Virus record (IMG/VR): IMGVR_UViG_3300017780_001057 | Coordinates: 1 to 37,038 of that record | DNA from: a virus | Lineage: Duplodnaviria > Caudoviricetes | Length of the DNA stretch: 37,038 nt | Strand: one strand, 5' to 3' | Part shown: positions 5,828-15,346 of the stretch, piece after piece | Position numbering within the stretch: the first letter of the stretch is position 1 | Layout of the letters: each line of letters starts with the position of its first letter | Notes under the pieces: generated by a model | Databases searched by the model: none | What the model saw: only the letters and a program-made list of their open reading frames with translations | Told to the model about the DNA's origin: nothing | Position numbers and translations under genes: made by a program

Positions 5828-8170
5828 CTAGCGGATGTTTACCACCTTTTGACCGACCGATGCAACATTTTCTATCATGCGGCGCAATTCGGACTTTGAA
5901 TATTTCTTCGCAATCTCAGGATCGGCGTAAATGTGCCGCTTAGTCGGATAGTCAGCCGACCCAACACGCCCGCAGTCAACCCAACCACCTTCTTTGAACG
6001 CATGAAGCAGAGCCGCTTGCGGAACCTTTGTGCCCGGCGGCACATGGTTCATCACGATCTGGTCGCACAGGCGGTGGAAAGGCCCGCCGACAACGCCGCT
6101 GCTGAACGGCCCAACCTTGTTGCGCATAAGATCGACAAGGAAGCTTTCCGCAACGCTCAAGCCATGCTCGACCATGTTTAGCTTCCATTCGGTCACTGGC
6201 GGTGCGACAGCCGGGTTGAACGCCGAAACGTCACGCTGCCAGAGCCAAGCGGCGATTTTGGCAAAGCCGCCGTTCTTATACCAATCCCACAGCGCATCCG
6301 CCGTGTCAGCGTCCATCTTGGGTGCATGGCTCCAGACGCAGAACCAGCGGCGATCTTGTGTCGGGATCGAAATCGGCATGGGGTCGTTCGTGAACGCGAT
6401 CACCTGCAAACGGTTAAGCATTTCATACGGATGCAGACCCTTGCGGTTGATCGTCAGCGTCTCAGGCGGGGCAGCGATGATCGGCTTGAGCCTGTTCGAC
6501 AGTGCCCGGCGTTCCTTCGCCTCTGGCTCTTTCAATTCGTTCAGGATGACAACTTCAGCCTCAAGGCCATAACCCCATTGGCTGTCCAGCCCCTTGTTCT
6601 CAATGATCGAGCGATTATGCTGGTGCGGACCGCCAATGGCCCACAGGAACGGCGCCCACATACTGTCTTTGCCTGACCCTTCATCGCCGCCATGCAGGAC
6701 AGCGTGATTGATCTTCACATTCGGATGTTGGACTTTGTAAGCCATCACATTCCAAATGTGCTCAAGTTCGACCGCTTCGGGAACCAACGCGCGGCAGTGA
6801 TCGACCCAAACAGAAATGTCACGGTCAACGATCTTATCGCTGCCAGACATATCGGGGCGCATATCGACCCAGCGGTTACCATAAACAAGCCCGTCACGCG
6901 CCACCAGCACGCTTTCGCCCGGCGCATATGTCATGCCTATAACAGCAGGCGCGCCGCTTTCTTGCCTGCGCTCGTCGAAATAGACGGACGCCTGCACACG
7001 CTTGGTACGCAAATGGACCGACCGACAGTCAACGTGACGGAACAGCGCGTTAAAGACGTTGCGCGGCGTCTCACGGCGCGTCACCATGTCGAAATAACTG
7101 TCGTCCGACTGAACATAGGCGTAGCGGGCGAACCACTCGTTCTTTTCCAGCCGACCAGCTTCCTTGCGCTCGACTTCCTTAACGATAGCAGACGCCTCGT
7201 CTGGATAGGCTTCGGTTGGTGCGATCTTCTCGGCCATCTGCTTCATGCGCTCGGCGATCAGTTCATCACGCAGACCCGGCAGCACCTTGGGGCCATCATT
7301 CTCTGCGACCCAACCCAAGAACGTGCGGCTGTCGATGTCTTGGCAGTGGCCGTGATAGCAGCAGAACGAACGATCCAGCGGCTTGTAACGGCCCTCGATG
7401 TTGCCGTCGGTATGCTCTTCATGGTTGGGACAGACGATGCCGCACCAGCCCTCGTTATTGACGTTGGTCAGAACCAAGTTCTTTTCCGACAACCATTGCA
7501 GTACAGTGTCGCCGCCCGTGTCGCGGATGCTGACCGCCTTGAAGCTGGCGCTGTCGGCTTCGGCTGGCACAACGTCCAGCGCAGCGCAGATGTCAGGCAG
7601 CGTGTATTCGCGCTCTGGGTTGAACGACACCAACCGCGCCGGGAAGTTGTCGCGGCCCTGCTTCAGATTGATGCTGCCGGGGATGCGACAGTTGCGCACC
7701 GCATTGGTCGCGCCGGGGTCGGTGTATCCTGCCGCTGCAATGGCTTTGATGGCAGCCGTAAACTCATGTTTGGTTGGCTGTGCGCTGAACGCATAGCCCC
7801 ATTGGAACGATCCAGCGGATGTCTCCAACACCCATGTCGGTTCAATCGGCGGGACTTTCGACTTCGTGCCGATGTCGTCCAGCATCATGAACAGGACGTA
7901 TTCGCAGTTCTCGCCCTTGGCGGACGGCTTGCCGTCTGTGAAGCGGTCAACGATGAACGATCCGGTGTTGACGTACCACGCCTCGCCATCCTTGATCTTG
8001 GCCTTCTCAGGCAAGAATGACGGCCATGTGGCCTTGGGTGCGCCGTCGCCGTGGTAGACGATCTGGCCGTCTGCCAGCGTAGGCTTCTGACGCAACATCA
8101 GGGCTGTCTCGCCCTCTGCGTCCACAAGCCCTGTTACGAACTCAATAAATTTAGTGCGATCCTCACTCAT
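5828..8170 (-). CDS. Primase-helicase (RepB-type primase, Zn finger, DUF5906/SF3-like NTPase)
   Basis: MLDDIG, ETSAGSFQ, RIPGSIN, CPNHEEH..CYHGHC, Walker A GDEGSGKD, VILNE, DRRW; ATG 8170 after GGAG. Confidence 0.9.
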   Translation of the reverse strand: MSEDRTKFIEFVTGLVDAEGETALMLRQKPTLADGQIVYHGDGAPKATWPSFLPEKAKIKDGEAWYVNTGSFIVDRFTDGKPSAKGENCEYVLFMMLDDIGTKSKVPPIEPTWVLETSAGSFQWGYAFSAQPTKHEFTAAIKAIAAAGYTDPGATNAVRNCRIPGSINLKQGRDNFPARLVSFNPEREYTLPDICAALDVVPAEADSASFKAVSIRDTGGDTVLQWLSEKNLVLTNVNNEGWCGIVCPNHEEHTDGNIEGRYKPLDRSFCCYHGHCQDIDSRTFLGWVAENDGPKVLPGLRDELIAERMKQMAEKIAPTEAYPDEASAIVKEVERKEAGRLEKNEWFARYAYVQSDDSYFDMVTRRETPRNVFNALFRHVDCRSVHLRTKRVQASVYFDERRQESGAPAVIGMTYAPGESVLVARDGLVYGNRWVDMRPDMSGSDKIVDRDISVWVDHCRALVPEAVELEHIWNVMAYKVQHPNVKINHAVLHGGDEGSGKDSMWAPFLWAIGGPHQHNRSIIENKGLDSQWGYGLEAEVVILNELKEPEAKERRALSNRLKPIIAAPPETLTINRKGLHPYEMLNRLQVIAFTNDPMPISIPTQDRRWFCVWSHAPKMDADTADALWDWYKNGGFAKIAAWLWQRDVSAFNPAVAPPVTEWKLNMVEHGLSVAESFLVDLMRNKVGPFSSGVVGGPFHRLCDQIVMNHVPPGTKVPQAALLHAFKEGGWVDCGRVGSADYPTKRHIYADPEIAKKYSKSELRRMIENVASVGQKVVNIR

Positions 8171-8505
8171 CGCTTTGCTCCTATAGTTATTTGAAACCAC
8201 GAATTATCTACATTAACCCAATCGCCATATCCACAGAACGGGTTCCACGGATCGTCCGCACGAAAGGTAAATTCGACCCCTAAAAGACCTTCTCGCATAT
8301 GATCTGGTAAAGGTTCCGTGGCTGGACTTATCCTTCGACGCAATGCGTGAAGAACCTGTTTGTCACAGCCAACTACAATTTGACGCGCCCGACTTCCAGA
8401 AAAACCATGTTTTGCGCCAACATTCGCTAAAGTGACACCGCCAGCGCGGTATTCGCGCCATATCGCCCAGTTACGTTTGTGTTTAGGTTCAGGACTATTC
8501 CCCAT
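8167..8505 (-). CDS. HTH protein (sigma70 region 4-like)
   Basis: RN..IW..Y..G.TLANVGAKHGFSGSRARQIV. Confidence 0.75.
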   Translation of the reverse strand: MGNSPEPKHKRNWAIWREYRAGGVTLANVGAKHGFSGSRARQIVVGCDKQVLHALRRRISPATEPLPDHMREGLLGVEFTFRADDPWNPFCGYGDWVNVDNSWFQITIGAKR

Positions 8506-8513
8506 ATTGAACC

Positions 8514-10475
8514 TCACTTGCCATAACGGGTCATAGTTTCGACTTCGGCGTTCAGGGGCAAGCCCTGCGCCCAAGCCGGGGCGGTTGTCATCACGCGCAG
8601 CAATGCAGCGGCAGCGGCTTCAGGGTCGGCAGTCTCCAAGACAATTTCGTCATGCACATGAAGAACCACATCCAACCCCTCTTCCTCAAGCCGCGCCAGC
8701 GAATGGCGCAACAGGTCGTTGGCTATCGCTTGCGTAATGTTTTCACAGGCCAGACCCTTCCAGAGACGGGCGCGCGGCCATTCCGTTGCATCGGCGGCAG
8801 GCTTCCAAGACGCCTTTGCATAGGTGACGTTGCCCTCTTCATCGAAGCGGGCGAAAGGGTAACATAGCACACGACCGCTCGGCAGGGCATACCAAAGATG
8901 CAGTTTATCAAATAAATATGTGACGCGACCGGCGGTAAATTCCATGCCGGGATGACGCATCGCGCCCATGTAGCATTCCTCAAGCCGCGCCCAATAGGGC
9001 ACAGACCACGGGTTGGCCCTGCGCCATGCGTCAACCATCTTGCGGCTCTCACTCTCGGTCAGGACGACGTTATAGATGCGCCCCATCGACGCGAACGCAC
9101 CGACACCGCCAGCAAAGCCACAGGCCAGTTCCTGCACCTTCCCGATCTGGCGCTGGTCTTTATCGACTTCGGCGTAGGGAACACGGAAGGTCGCGGCGGC
9201 GTTGTGCTTGTAGACATCCTCACCCTTGGCGAAGATGTCCAGTTTCATAGCGCCGCTGTTGCTGTTCGACGCCCACGGCGTCACCCGCGCCTCAATCGCA
9301 GCCCAATCGGCGACGATCAGATGCTTGCCCGGCTCTGCCATCAGCGATGGCCGCAGCATCCCCTTCAATACGTCTGTGACGCGCTTGCCGTGCTTGGGCA
9401 CGATCTTGTGACCGCGCACCATAGCCTCACGGGTCAGTGCAGGGTCGGCGGCGCAGCGACGGGGAAAGTTGTGGACCTGAAGTCCGAATGACGAAGCGCG
9501 GCCAGTAGCACTCCCTCCAGAAAATACGAACGCGCCTCTAACTCGGCTGTCTTCCTCGTCAGCAAGGTCAGCAGCCCTTGCGAATTTAGCAACGGACGAT
9601 GCCCACAGATCGTCCGCGCACTGGATAACCTCTGCCACTTCATGCGGGACTTCATCGGGGTTCTCCTCAGCTAATGCCAACAGGTTGGCACGGACGTTCT
9701 TGTCAATGGATTGCTTCTCGACGCCATCCTTGTGGATCGTCGCTAGGCGGATCGCTTCCGGGCCGACCCGCGCAAGAACCCACTCCCGCATCTTCGGCCC
9801 CCTGACGGACGTAATTTCACCGTCAGTAACTTCACGCACAATTTCTTGTATCTCAACAGCTTCCGCTTCAGCATAACGGATCGCCGCCAGAGCCACAGGT
9901 TTATCAAGCAAGACACCACGGTCGTTGATACGCTCATTAACGTGATAGTCTCGCAGTTCATCTGACGACAACTCCCGCTGGGCTTCGCTGATCGCCCGCA
10001 TAGCACGAACGTCCTGTTCGCAATAGGCAATCATCTCAGCCATCAGCGCGGCGTCTTCACGGAACGTGCCGTCGTTCTGCGGGATGGACAGCGCACGGAT
10101 CAGTTGTGACCCGCGATGGTCTTTCTTCATGCTGGCCCCAGCGAACCGCCCGACATCCTCAAGACTGCCCGGCGCGCAGTTGGCGCGGGCTTGGGCTGCG
10201 GTGCAGTAGAACTGCTCCAACGCGAACGGAACTTGCAGGACATACCAGAAGATCAGACGCTCGAACGCTGCGTTGTGCGCCCTGATCTGGCCGGTGTGGT
10301 TGCGGACGGCGTCAGGGAAAGGCTCACCGGGGAGCCACGTCCGAACGTCGTCATCGTCGAAGGCGTAGGACATACACAGCACCTCGGTGCTCATGTCCTG
10401 CGCGTAATTGTAAACGCCTTTGCTGCGCAGATCGCAGCGGCTGCGTGTCTCGAAATCAAGCCAAAGAATAGTCAC
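8514..10475 (-). CDS. polA: Family A DNA polymerase with 3'-5' exonuclease
   Basis: LDFET (ExoI), AHNAAFE, YCEQDV; motif A DWAAIEAR, motif B RQIGKVQELACGF, motif C HVHDE. Confidence 0.95.
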   Translation of the reverse strand: MTILWLDFETRSRCDLRSKGVYNYAQDMSTEVLCMSYAFDDDDVRTWLPGEPFPDAVRNHTGQIRAHNAAFERLIFWYVLQVPFALEQFYCTAAQARANCAPGSLEDVGRFAGASMKKDHRGSQLIRALSIPQNDGTFREDAALMAEMIAYCEQDVRAMRAISEAQRELSSDELRDYHVNERINDRGVLLDKPVALAAIRYAEAEAVEIQEIVREVTDGEITSVRGPKMREWVLARVGPEAIRLATIHKDGVEKQSIDKNVRANLLALAEENPDEVPHEVAEVIQCADDLWASSVAKFARAADLADEEDSRVRGAFVFSGGSATGRASSFGLQVHNFPRRCAADPALTREAMVRGHKIVPKHGKRVTDVLKGMLRPSLMAEPGKHLIVADWAAIEARVTPWASNSNSGAMKLDIFAKGEDVYKHNAAATFRVPYAEVDKDQRQIGKVQELACGFAGGVGAFASMGRIYNVVLTESESRKMVDAWRRANPWSVPYWARLEECYMGAMRHPGMEFTAGRVTYLFDKLHLWYALPSGRVLCYPFARFDEEGNVTYAKASWKPAADATEWPRARLWKGLACENITQAIANDLLRHSLARLEEEGLDVVLHVHDEIVLETADPEAAAAALLRVMTTAPAWAQGLPLNAEVETMTRYGK

Positions 10476-10500
10476 GGACGCCTCACTTCATCCGCTACTC

Positions 10501-10528
10501 GCCGGGACGGCGGTGCTACCGCCCCGGC
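10501..10528 (-). other. Hairpin in polymerase leader
   Basis: GCCGGGGCGGT-AGC-ACCGCCGTCCCGGC on - strand, no U-tract. Confidence 0.5.
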
Positions 10529-10540
10529 TTTCGCGCCCCC

Positions 10541-11203
10541 TTACGCTACCGCGCGACGACGACGAACGGGCGCTGCCTGTTCCGCCTCTTCGTCATGCTC
10601 GTCAGCATCAGCAGCAGCGTCGGAACTGACGCCATCAAGCGACTTCCAATCAACGATGTCGAACACAGGCGTGTAGATGCGCCCGTAGGACTTGTGCTGG
10701 TAGTGCTCTTTCTTGAGTTCGACCATCGGAACGGCCATATCTGGGTTCTTGTCTGCCTGATCGGCAATGGCAAGAGCCAGACCCTGCACCGCACGCTTAC
10801 CGCCGACAGATGTCACCGTGTAGCGCGCCTGCATTCCTTCGTCTTCGCCGTTGGTGCAAGCCAGCGACATCCCGATCTGCATTTCCCAACCGCGCTTTGC
10901 GCCATCGGGAGCAGGACCGACATCAGGCAGCGGTTCAGTAACCGGAACCATCTTTTCAGCCAAGACCGTGCCGTCACCCCAAGCGATGAAGCCGTGGACA
11001 AACGAGAACGGATTGACGGCCCAGATGCTGCCTTCTTCGACTTCGGTCTGATCCGCGCCAAATACCCAGTGACCGGCCTTGTCCATCTTGAGGATGACAG
11101 TGCCAGATGGGGCCACATCAGCGACGATCTTGCGGAGAGAAGCGGCAAACGACTGCACGGACGGCAGACCAGCGGCGGCAAATTTAGATACTTCATTCGA
11201 CAT
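10541..11203 (-). CDS. Putative ssDNA-binding protein
   Basis: Between exonuclease and polymerase; aromatic beta-rich core (YQHKSYGRIYTPVF), acidic then RRRR tail. Confidence 0.7.
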   Translation of the reverse strand: MSNEVSKFAAAGLPSVQSFAASLRKIVADVAPSGTVILKMDKAGHWVFGADQTEVEEGSIWAVNPFSFVHGFIAWGDGTVLAEKMVPVTEPLPDVGPAPDGAKRGWEMQIGMSLACTNGEDEGMQARYTVTSVGGKRAVQGLALAIADQADKNPDMAVPMVELKKEHYQHKSYGRIYTPVFDIVDWKSLDGVSSDAAADADEHDEEAEQAAPVRRRRAVA

Positions 11204-11219
11204 TATTTTAGTCCTTACT

Positions 11220-12338
11220 TTACTGGAGTTTAGCCATAGCTTTTTTGAGCGTCTGGCCGATGGAGACAACACTTGGACGCGGATCGCTTTCCGGGGCCAA
11301 TGTGCTGCCGCTTGACACGGCGACCACAAGATCGTCGGGCAAGTTCTGTTTGGTCTTCTTCAAGACCTTTTCCGCCGCGGCGGGCGAAATCAATTTCTCT
11401 TCAAATGGTTCTACGCCCATCTGCGTCATGAACGCAACAGCCTTGTCGGTGTCCGTCCACTGGCGTGTGGCGCGCTTGTTGACCAGCTTCCATCCGGGGA
11501 TGGCTTTGCCTTCTTCCATCAGACCGTGCGCCAACTGTTGCAGGTCTTTCAGGAACGCTTCGATCATCGGCAGTTGATCCAGATAATGCCCGATCTGATC
11601 GACCGGCATCAGTTCGATCTTGGCCTTCAGCGCACGATCCACAGCGCCGGTCATCACAGGGCAGACAGGCTTGGCGGCACACCAGCGGCAATGCTCACCC
11701 GCTGCCAGCGGAGCGTCAGGCTTGAGCGCGACCTTTACGGCAGCGACCAACTGATCTTCGAACGCCTTAACGCGATCCAGCGTCGTCAGCCAGCGTTTGA
11801 TGCTTGGCGGCTGGACGATGACGAGTTCGACTTCGCTTGCGTTCTCAAACGCCCATGCCGTCTGCGGCGTTCGTTTAGCAGCCGCAGCATAGAAGAGAAG
11901 CTGCGCGTTTTCTTCCGCCTCGACCGGAACGCCATCACCAAACTTCCAATCCAACACAATAGCACGATCACCAATGCGGCCCAGAAGGTCAGTAGAACCG
12001 AACACGTCAGGCAACAGATCGCCAAAGCCCACCCGGCTTTCGACTGCATATTCCATCTCCAACTTAGGATCGACTTCCATCAGCGCCGCCAGCGCGACGT
12101 TTAGCTTGCGGTCGATCAGATCTTGCGTCAGCACGATGTCGTTGTGCGTGCGGCCCAGATAGTCTGTGACCGTGCCTTTGCCGTCAAGAATATCGGCAAT
12201 AGTGTCGTGCAGCAGCGTGCCTTCGTCTGCGTATTTGCTGCTGGGTTGCGGTGGCATCTTGTCCACCAGCGCCACACTGCCGGGGCAGTTGATGACGCGC
12301 TTGGCGGTCGATCCGCCAACGATCCTCGAATGTTGCAT
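11220..12338 (-). CDS. Cas4-like PD-(D/E)xK exonuclease (DUF2800 family)
   Basis: HS..GGS..R..CPGS, EGT..H, FGSTD, LDWKFG, QLLFYA, HCRWC..K..CP. Confidence 0.9.
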   Translation of the reverse strand: MQHSRIVGGSTAKRVINCPGSVALVDKMPPQPSSKYADEGTLLHDTIADILDGKGTVTDYLGRTHNDIVLTQDLIDRKLNVALAALMEVDPKLEMEYAVESRVGFGDLLPDVFGSTDLLGRIGDRAIVLDWKFGDGVPVEAEENAQLLFYAAAAKRTPQTAWAFENASEVELVIVQPPSIKRWLTTLDRVKAFEDQLVAAVKVALKPDAPLAAGEHCRWCAAKPVCPVMTGAVDRALKAKIELMPVDQIGHYLDQLPMIEAFLKDLQQLAHGLMEEGKAIPGWKLVNKRATRQWTDTDKAVAFMTQMGVEPFEEKLISPAAAEKVLKKTKQNLPDDLVVAVSSGSTLAPESDPRPSVVSIGQTLKKAMAKLQ

Positions 12339-12368
12339 ATCCTACCTCACTGAACTGTTTGGACGGCC

Positions 12369-12429
12369 AGCATACACGCAGCAAAATTTGATGCAAGGGT
12401 TGAAATGCAAAAAATTTTTTCGTAAGGGT
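12369..12429. promoter_or_regulatory. Divergent promoter pair
   Basis: Leftward TTGCAT-N16-TATGCT (12396-12369); rightward TTGAAA-N17-TAAGGG (12400-12428); AT-rich gap between divergent operons. Confidence 0.55.
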
Positions 12430-12434
12430 CGGGC

Positions 12435-12710
12435 ATGACAGAGAAAGAAATCGAGGCGTATTTCGTGAAGCGCGTGAAGCAGATGGGCGGCTACGCCTAT
12501 AAGTTCCGCAGCGTCACGCAGCGCGGCGTCGCCGACCGCATCGCCTGTATGCCGAACGGTCAGGCTTGGTTCGTGGAACTGAAGAAGCCCGGCGGTCGGC
12601 TGTCGGCGTTGCAGGAAATCTTCGCCGAAGAGATGACGCACACGCGCCAGCACTATGCGTGCTTGTGGTCTAAGGAAGAAGTGGATATGTGGTGCAGCCG
12701 CTTCAGCTAA
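12435..12710 (+). CDS. VRR-NUC domain nuclease
   Basis: EKEIE, RGVADRI, FVELKKPGG.LS.LQ. Confidence 0.92.
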   Translation: MTEKEIEAYFVKRVKQMGGYAYKFRSVTQRGVADRIACMPNGQAWFVELKKPGGRLSALQEIFAEEMTHTRQHYACLWSKEEVDMWCSRFS

Positions 12711-14008
12711 GGCCATACCAGCAGGACGCCGCGACGTTTCTGTTCGAGCGTGACCGCGCCATGATCTTGGCGCCGGTCGGCGCTGGCAAGACCGCGATCA
12801 CGCTGACAGCGATGGCTGAGATGATCCGCGACGGCCACGCCCGGCGCTGGATCGTGCTGGCCCCCAAGCGCGTCTGCACCGACGTGTGGCCTGTCGAGGC
12901 ACCGAAGTGGGCGCCCGGCTTGAAGGTCGCCGTTGGCGTCGGCACACCAAAACAACGACAGGCGGCGTTTGACAGCGACGCAGATGTGGTCGTCACCAAC
13001 TATGACAACCTGCCGACCGTCGCGCACAACTGCGACCGCTTCGATGGGATCGTGTTCGACGAACTGACGCGGCTGAAGAACCCGTCAGGCAAACGCTTCA
13101 AGGCTCTGGAAAAGGTCATCACCAAGCTGAACATCCGCTGGGGCTTGACCGGATCGTTCACGTCCAATGGCCTTGAGGATGTCTTCGGGCAGTGCAAGAT
13201 CATCGACCAAGGGCTGCTGGGCCGGTCGAAGGGCGCGTTTCTGCAACAGTATTTCGTCTGCATCAACCGCGACTTCGGTCAGTGGACGCCTGCGCCGCTG
13301 GCGCTGGAACAGGTCATGCAGCGCATTCGCCCCGCGACTTACGTCCTTGAGCCGGGCGAATATAAGGACAAGCTGCCCCCGTGCCATGTGGTCGAGGTGC
13401 GCTGCGCTCTGGCCGACCGGATGCCCTACCAGAAGATGAAGGTCGAGTATGTCGTGCGCTTCGGCGACGACCGCGTCATTGCGCAAAACGCAGCGGCGGT
13501 CACGACCAAGCTACAGCAGATGGCGTCAGGGTTCGTCTACAACCGCGAGAGCGCCGAGCCGTCGATCTGGTTCAGCAGCCATAAGTTCGACCGGCTGGAA
13601 GAGTTGCTGGCCGAAAACCAGCGGGCGAACACGATCATCTGCTACACCTACCAAGAAGAACTGTCCGAGTTGAAGCGCCGCTTCCCGCACGCCCAGACGA
13701 TTGACGACGCCAACGTCATCGAACGCTGGAACAAGGGCGAAATCGAGTTGCTGCTCGTCCACCCGAAGTCGGCTGGGCACGGGCTTAATCTCCAACACGG
13801 CGGCTGCCACATGGTGTTCCTGTCGCTGCCGTGGTCGCTGGAGTTATACGAACAAACCGTTGGGCGTCTGCACCGCAGTGGGCAGGCGAACGACGTTTGG
13901 GTTTACGTCATGCTGACGGAAAAGACTATTGACGAACGCATCTGGGCCGCGCTGCACGACAAGCGCGCGGTGTCGGATACTGCTATTGAGGAATTGAAGA
14001 ATGGCTAA
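12689..14008 (+). CDS. SNF2-like helicase
   Basis: LRPYQ, GAGKT, FDELT, GLTGS, SAGHGLNLQ, GRLHRSGQ. Confidence 0.93.
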   Translation: MVQPLQLRPYQQDAATFLFERDRAMILAPVGAGKTAITLTAMAEMIRDGHARRWIVLAPKRVCTDVWPVEAPKWAPGLKVAVGVGTPKQRQAAFDSDADVVVTNYDNLPTVAHNCDRFDGIVFDELTRLKNPSGKRFKALEKVITKLNIRWGLTGSFTSNGLEDVFGQCKIIDQGLLGRSKGAFLQQYFVCINRDFGQWTPAPLALEQVMQRIRPATYVLEPGEYKDKLPPCHVVEVRCALADRMPYQKMKVEYVVRFGDDRVIAQNAAAVTTKLQQMASGFVYNRESAEPSIWFSSHKFDRLEELLAENQRANTIICYTYQEELSELKRRFPHAQTIDDANVIERWNKGEIELLLVHPKSAGHGLNLQHGGCHMVFLSLPWSLELYEQTVGRLHRSGQANDVWVYVMLTEKTIDERIWAALHDKRAVSDTAIEELKNG

Positions 14009-14189
14009 ACTAACATGGCATCAGGTGTGCTCCAAGCTGACGCACATGACTGAAGAGCAGATCACCGAACTGCTACAGGAAGAGATCACACAGCATAAGC
14101 GCCCGGCTATCGTCCGGCGCCTGCACCAGCGTTTCTCAACGCTGCGCGCGGCCAGAGAGCGCGCCGCTATCTTGAAAGGAATAATGTAA
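14001..14189 (+). CDS. Hypothetical protein (62 aa)
   Basis: GAGG RBS; RLHQRF..LRA.RER motif. Confidence 0.8.
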   Translation: MAKLTWHQVCSKLTHMTEEQITELLQEEITQHKRPAIVRRLHQRFSTLRAARERAAILKGIM

Positions 14190-14398
14190 TGACCGACATG
14201 GTAAATCACCCGCCGCACTATAAGACGGGCGGCATTGAGGCCATCGACTATATTCAAGCCAAGCTGACACCGGAAGAGTTCGCCGGGTTCTGCAAGGGCA
14301 ACGCCCTAAAGTACATCAGCCGCGCTGGTCATAAAGGCAGCGCGGCTGAGGATACGTTGAAAGCCATCTGGTATTTGCAGAGGCTGATTAGCCGCTGA
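14189..14398 (+). CDS. DUF3310 protein (T7 gp1.7-like nucleotide kinase family)
   Basis: DMVNHPPHY..GGIEAID, GNALKY..R..K..ED..KA.WYL. Confidence 0.92.
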   Translation: MTDMVNHPPHYKTGGIEAIDYIQAKLTPEEFAGFCKGNALKYISRAGHKGSAAEDTLKAIWYLQRLISR

Positions 14399-14555
14399 TG
14401 TAATTGGCGACGGCGGTGGCAAGACCTGCGGCTGCGGTGAGGATGCCAGCGATTTTGGCCTTCTTGCCCAGCACAGGCTTGACGCCGTCCATCGGCAGGA
14501 TTTTGCTGACCGCCTTCTTGGCGACGACCTTTGCAAGAATGTTCTTCAGGTTCAT
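14388..14555 (-). CDS. 55-aa cationic amphipathic lysis-cassette protein (not in ORF track)
   Basis: MNLKNILAKVVAKKAVSKILPMDGVKPVLGKKAKIAGILTAAAGLATAVANYISG; AAGGAG RBS. Confidence 0.75.
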   Translation of the reverse strand: MNLKNILAKVVAKKAVSKILPMDGVKPVLGKKAKIAGILTAAAGLATAVANYISG

Positions 14556-14565
14556 GATGTTCTCC

Positions 14566-15183
14566 TTAGAGCCAAGAAGCGTATTTCTTGGTTTTCAGTT
14601 TACGGTCATCGAGGCCGTGCGGTTTTTTGCTGCCATTGATCCGAGAACTTAACTCAAGGATGGCTGCATCGTTGATGCCCTTGTCGCAGATCGACCAGAG
14701 CTTGTTCTTGTCGAAGAACCACAGGGCGCTTTCAAAGGCCAGTTCTGTGGCGACCAGATCGGGGTTCGCCATCACATCGGGACGACCGATGTAATCGGCA
14801 AAGGCTTTGAAATTAAATTCGCCAGTCAATTGCAAGGCCCCTCGGCCTCTGTGCAGCCAGCCATCCCCAGACGCCTCGTCTCCGTTACCCATGCGGTTGG
14901 CATAGACCCGATTGGCGATCTTCTGCGGCTGGCGCTCATAGGCCTTGGCCAGTGCATCGGTTGGGAAATATTTTGGGAAGATCGCCCTAAGCCCCTTCCA
15001 GCCGTAATTCAGGTTTTCGCTGAACGCCTTGAAGTTGCCGCTTTCGTGCGCCGTTTGAGCAAAGAAATGCGCAGCCCGGTTGGGCGATAGTTTGTAATAG
15101 GCTGCCGCCGCCTTGAGCGTGCCGGGGCCGAACGCACCATCTGCCGTCACTCCGATTTTCTTTTGCAGATTAATCAGGCTCAT
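14566..15183 (-). CDS. Endolysin, glycoside hydrolase family 19, with short PG-binding N-terminus
   Basis: LQKKIGVTADGAFGPGT, AQTAHESG, ENLNY, RGRGALQLTG. Confidence 0.93.
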   Translation of the reverse strand: MSLINLQKKIGVTADGAFGPGTLKAAAAYYKLSPNRAAHFFAQTAHESGNFKAFSENLNYGWKGLRAIFPKYFPTDALAKAYERQPQKIANRVYANRMGNGDEASGDGWLHRGRGALQLTGEFNFKAFADYIGRPDVMANPDLVATELAFESALWFFDKNKLWSICDKGINDAAILELSSRINGSKKPHGLDDRKLKTKKYASWL

Positions 15184-15344
15184 TTGTCCTGTCCCTTGTT
15201 CCAGAGTTCGAAGAGCGTCTTGATCTTCTCCTCAGCGACGCCCAGCCGCACATCCATCTTAGCAAGGATGATTGTCAGGGTGATGAAGGCGAGGACGATG
15301 GGCCAAAGCTGGCCGATCATCTCCACGGTCGAGAGATTGCCCAT
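15180..15344 (-). CDS. Small single-TM holin-like protein, 54 aa (not in ORF track)
   Basis: MGNLSTVEMIGQLWPIVLAFITLTIILAKMDVRLGVAEEKIKTLFELWNKGQDK; GGGAG RBS; ATGA overlap with endolysin. Confidence 0.75.
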   Translation of the reverse strand: MGNLSTVEMIGQLWPIVLAFITLTIILAKMDVRLGVAEEKIKTLFELWNKGQDK

Positions 15345-15346
15345 CT

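Noticed and set aside
6692-8020. 442-aa + strand ORF and similar long antisense or alternate-frame ORFs elsewhere
   Set aside because: Shadows of well-supported genes in GC-rich sequence
11220-12338. Cas4 as part of a CRISPR system
   Set aside because: Standard phage replication-module exonuclease beside SSB and PolA
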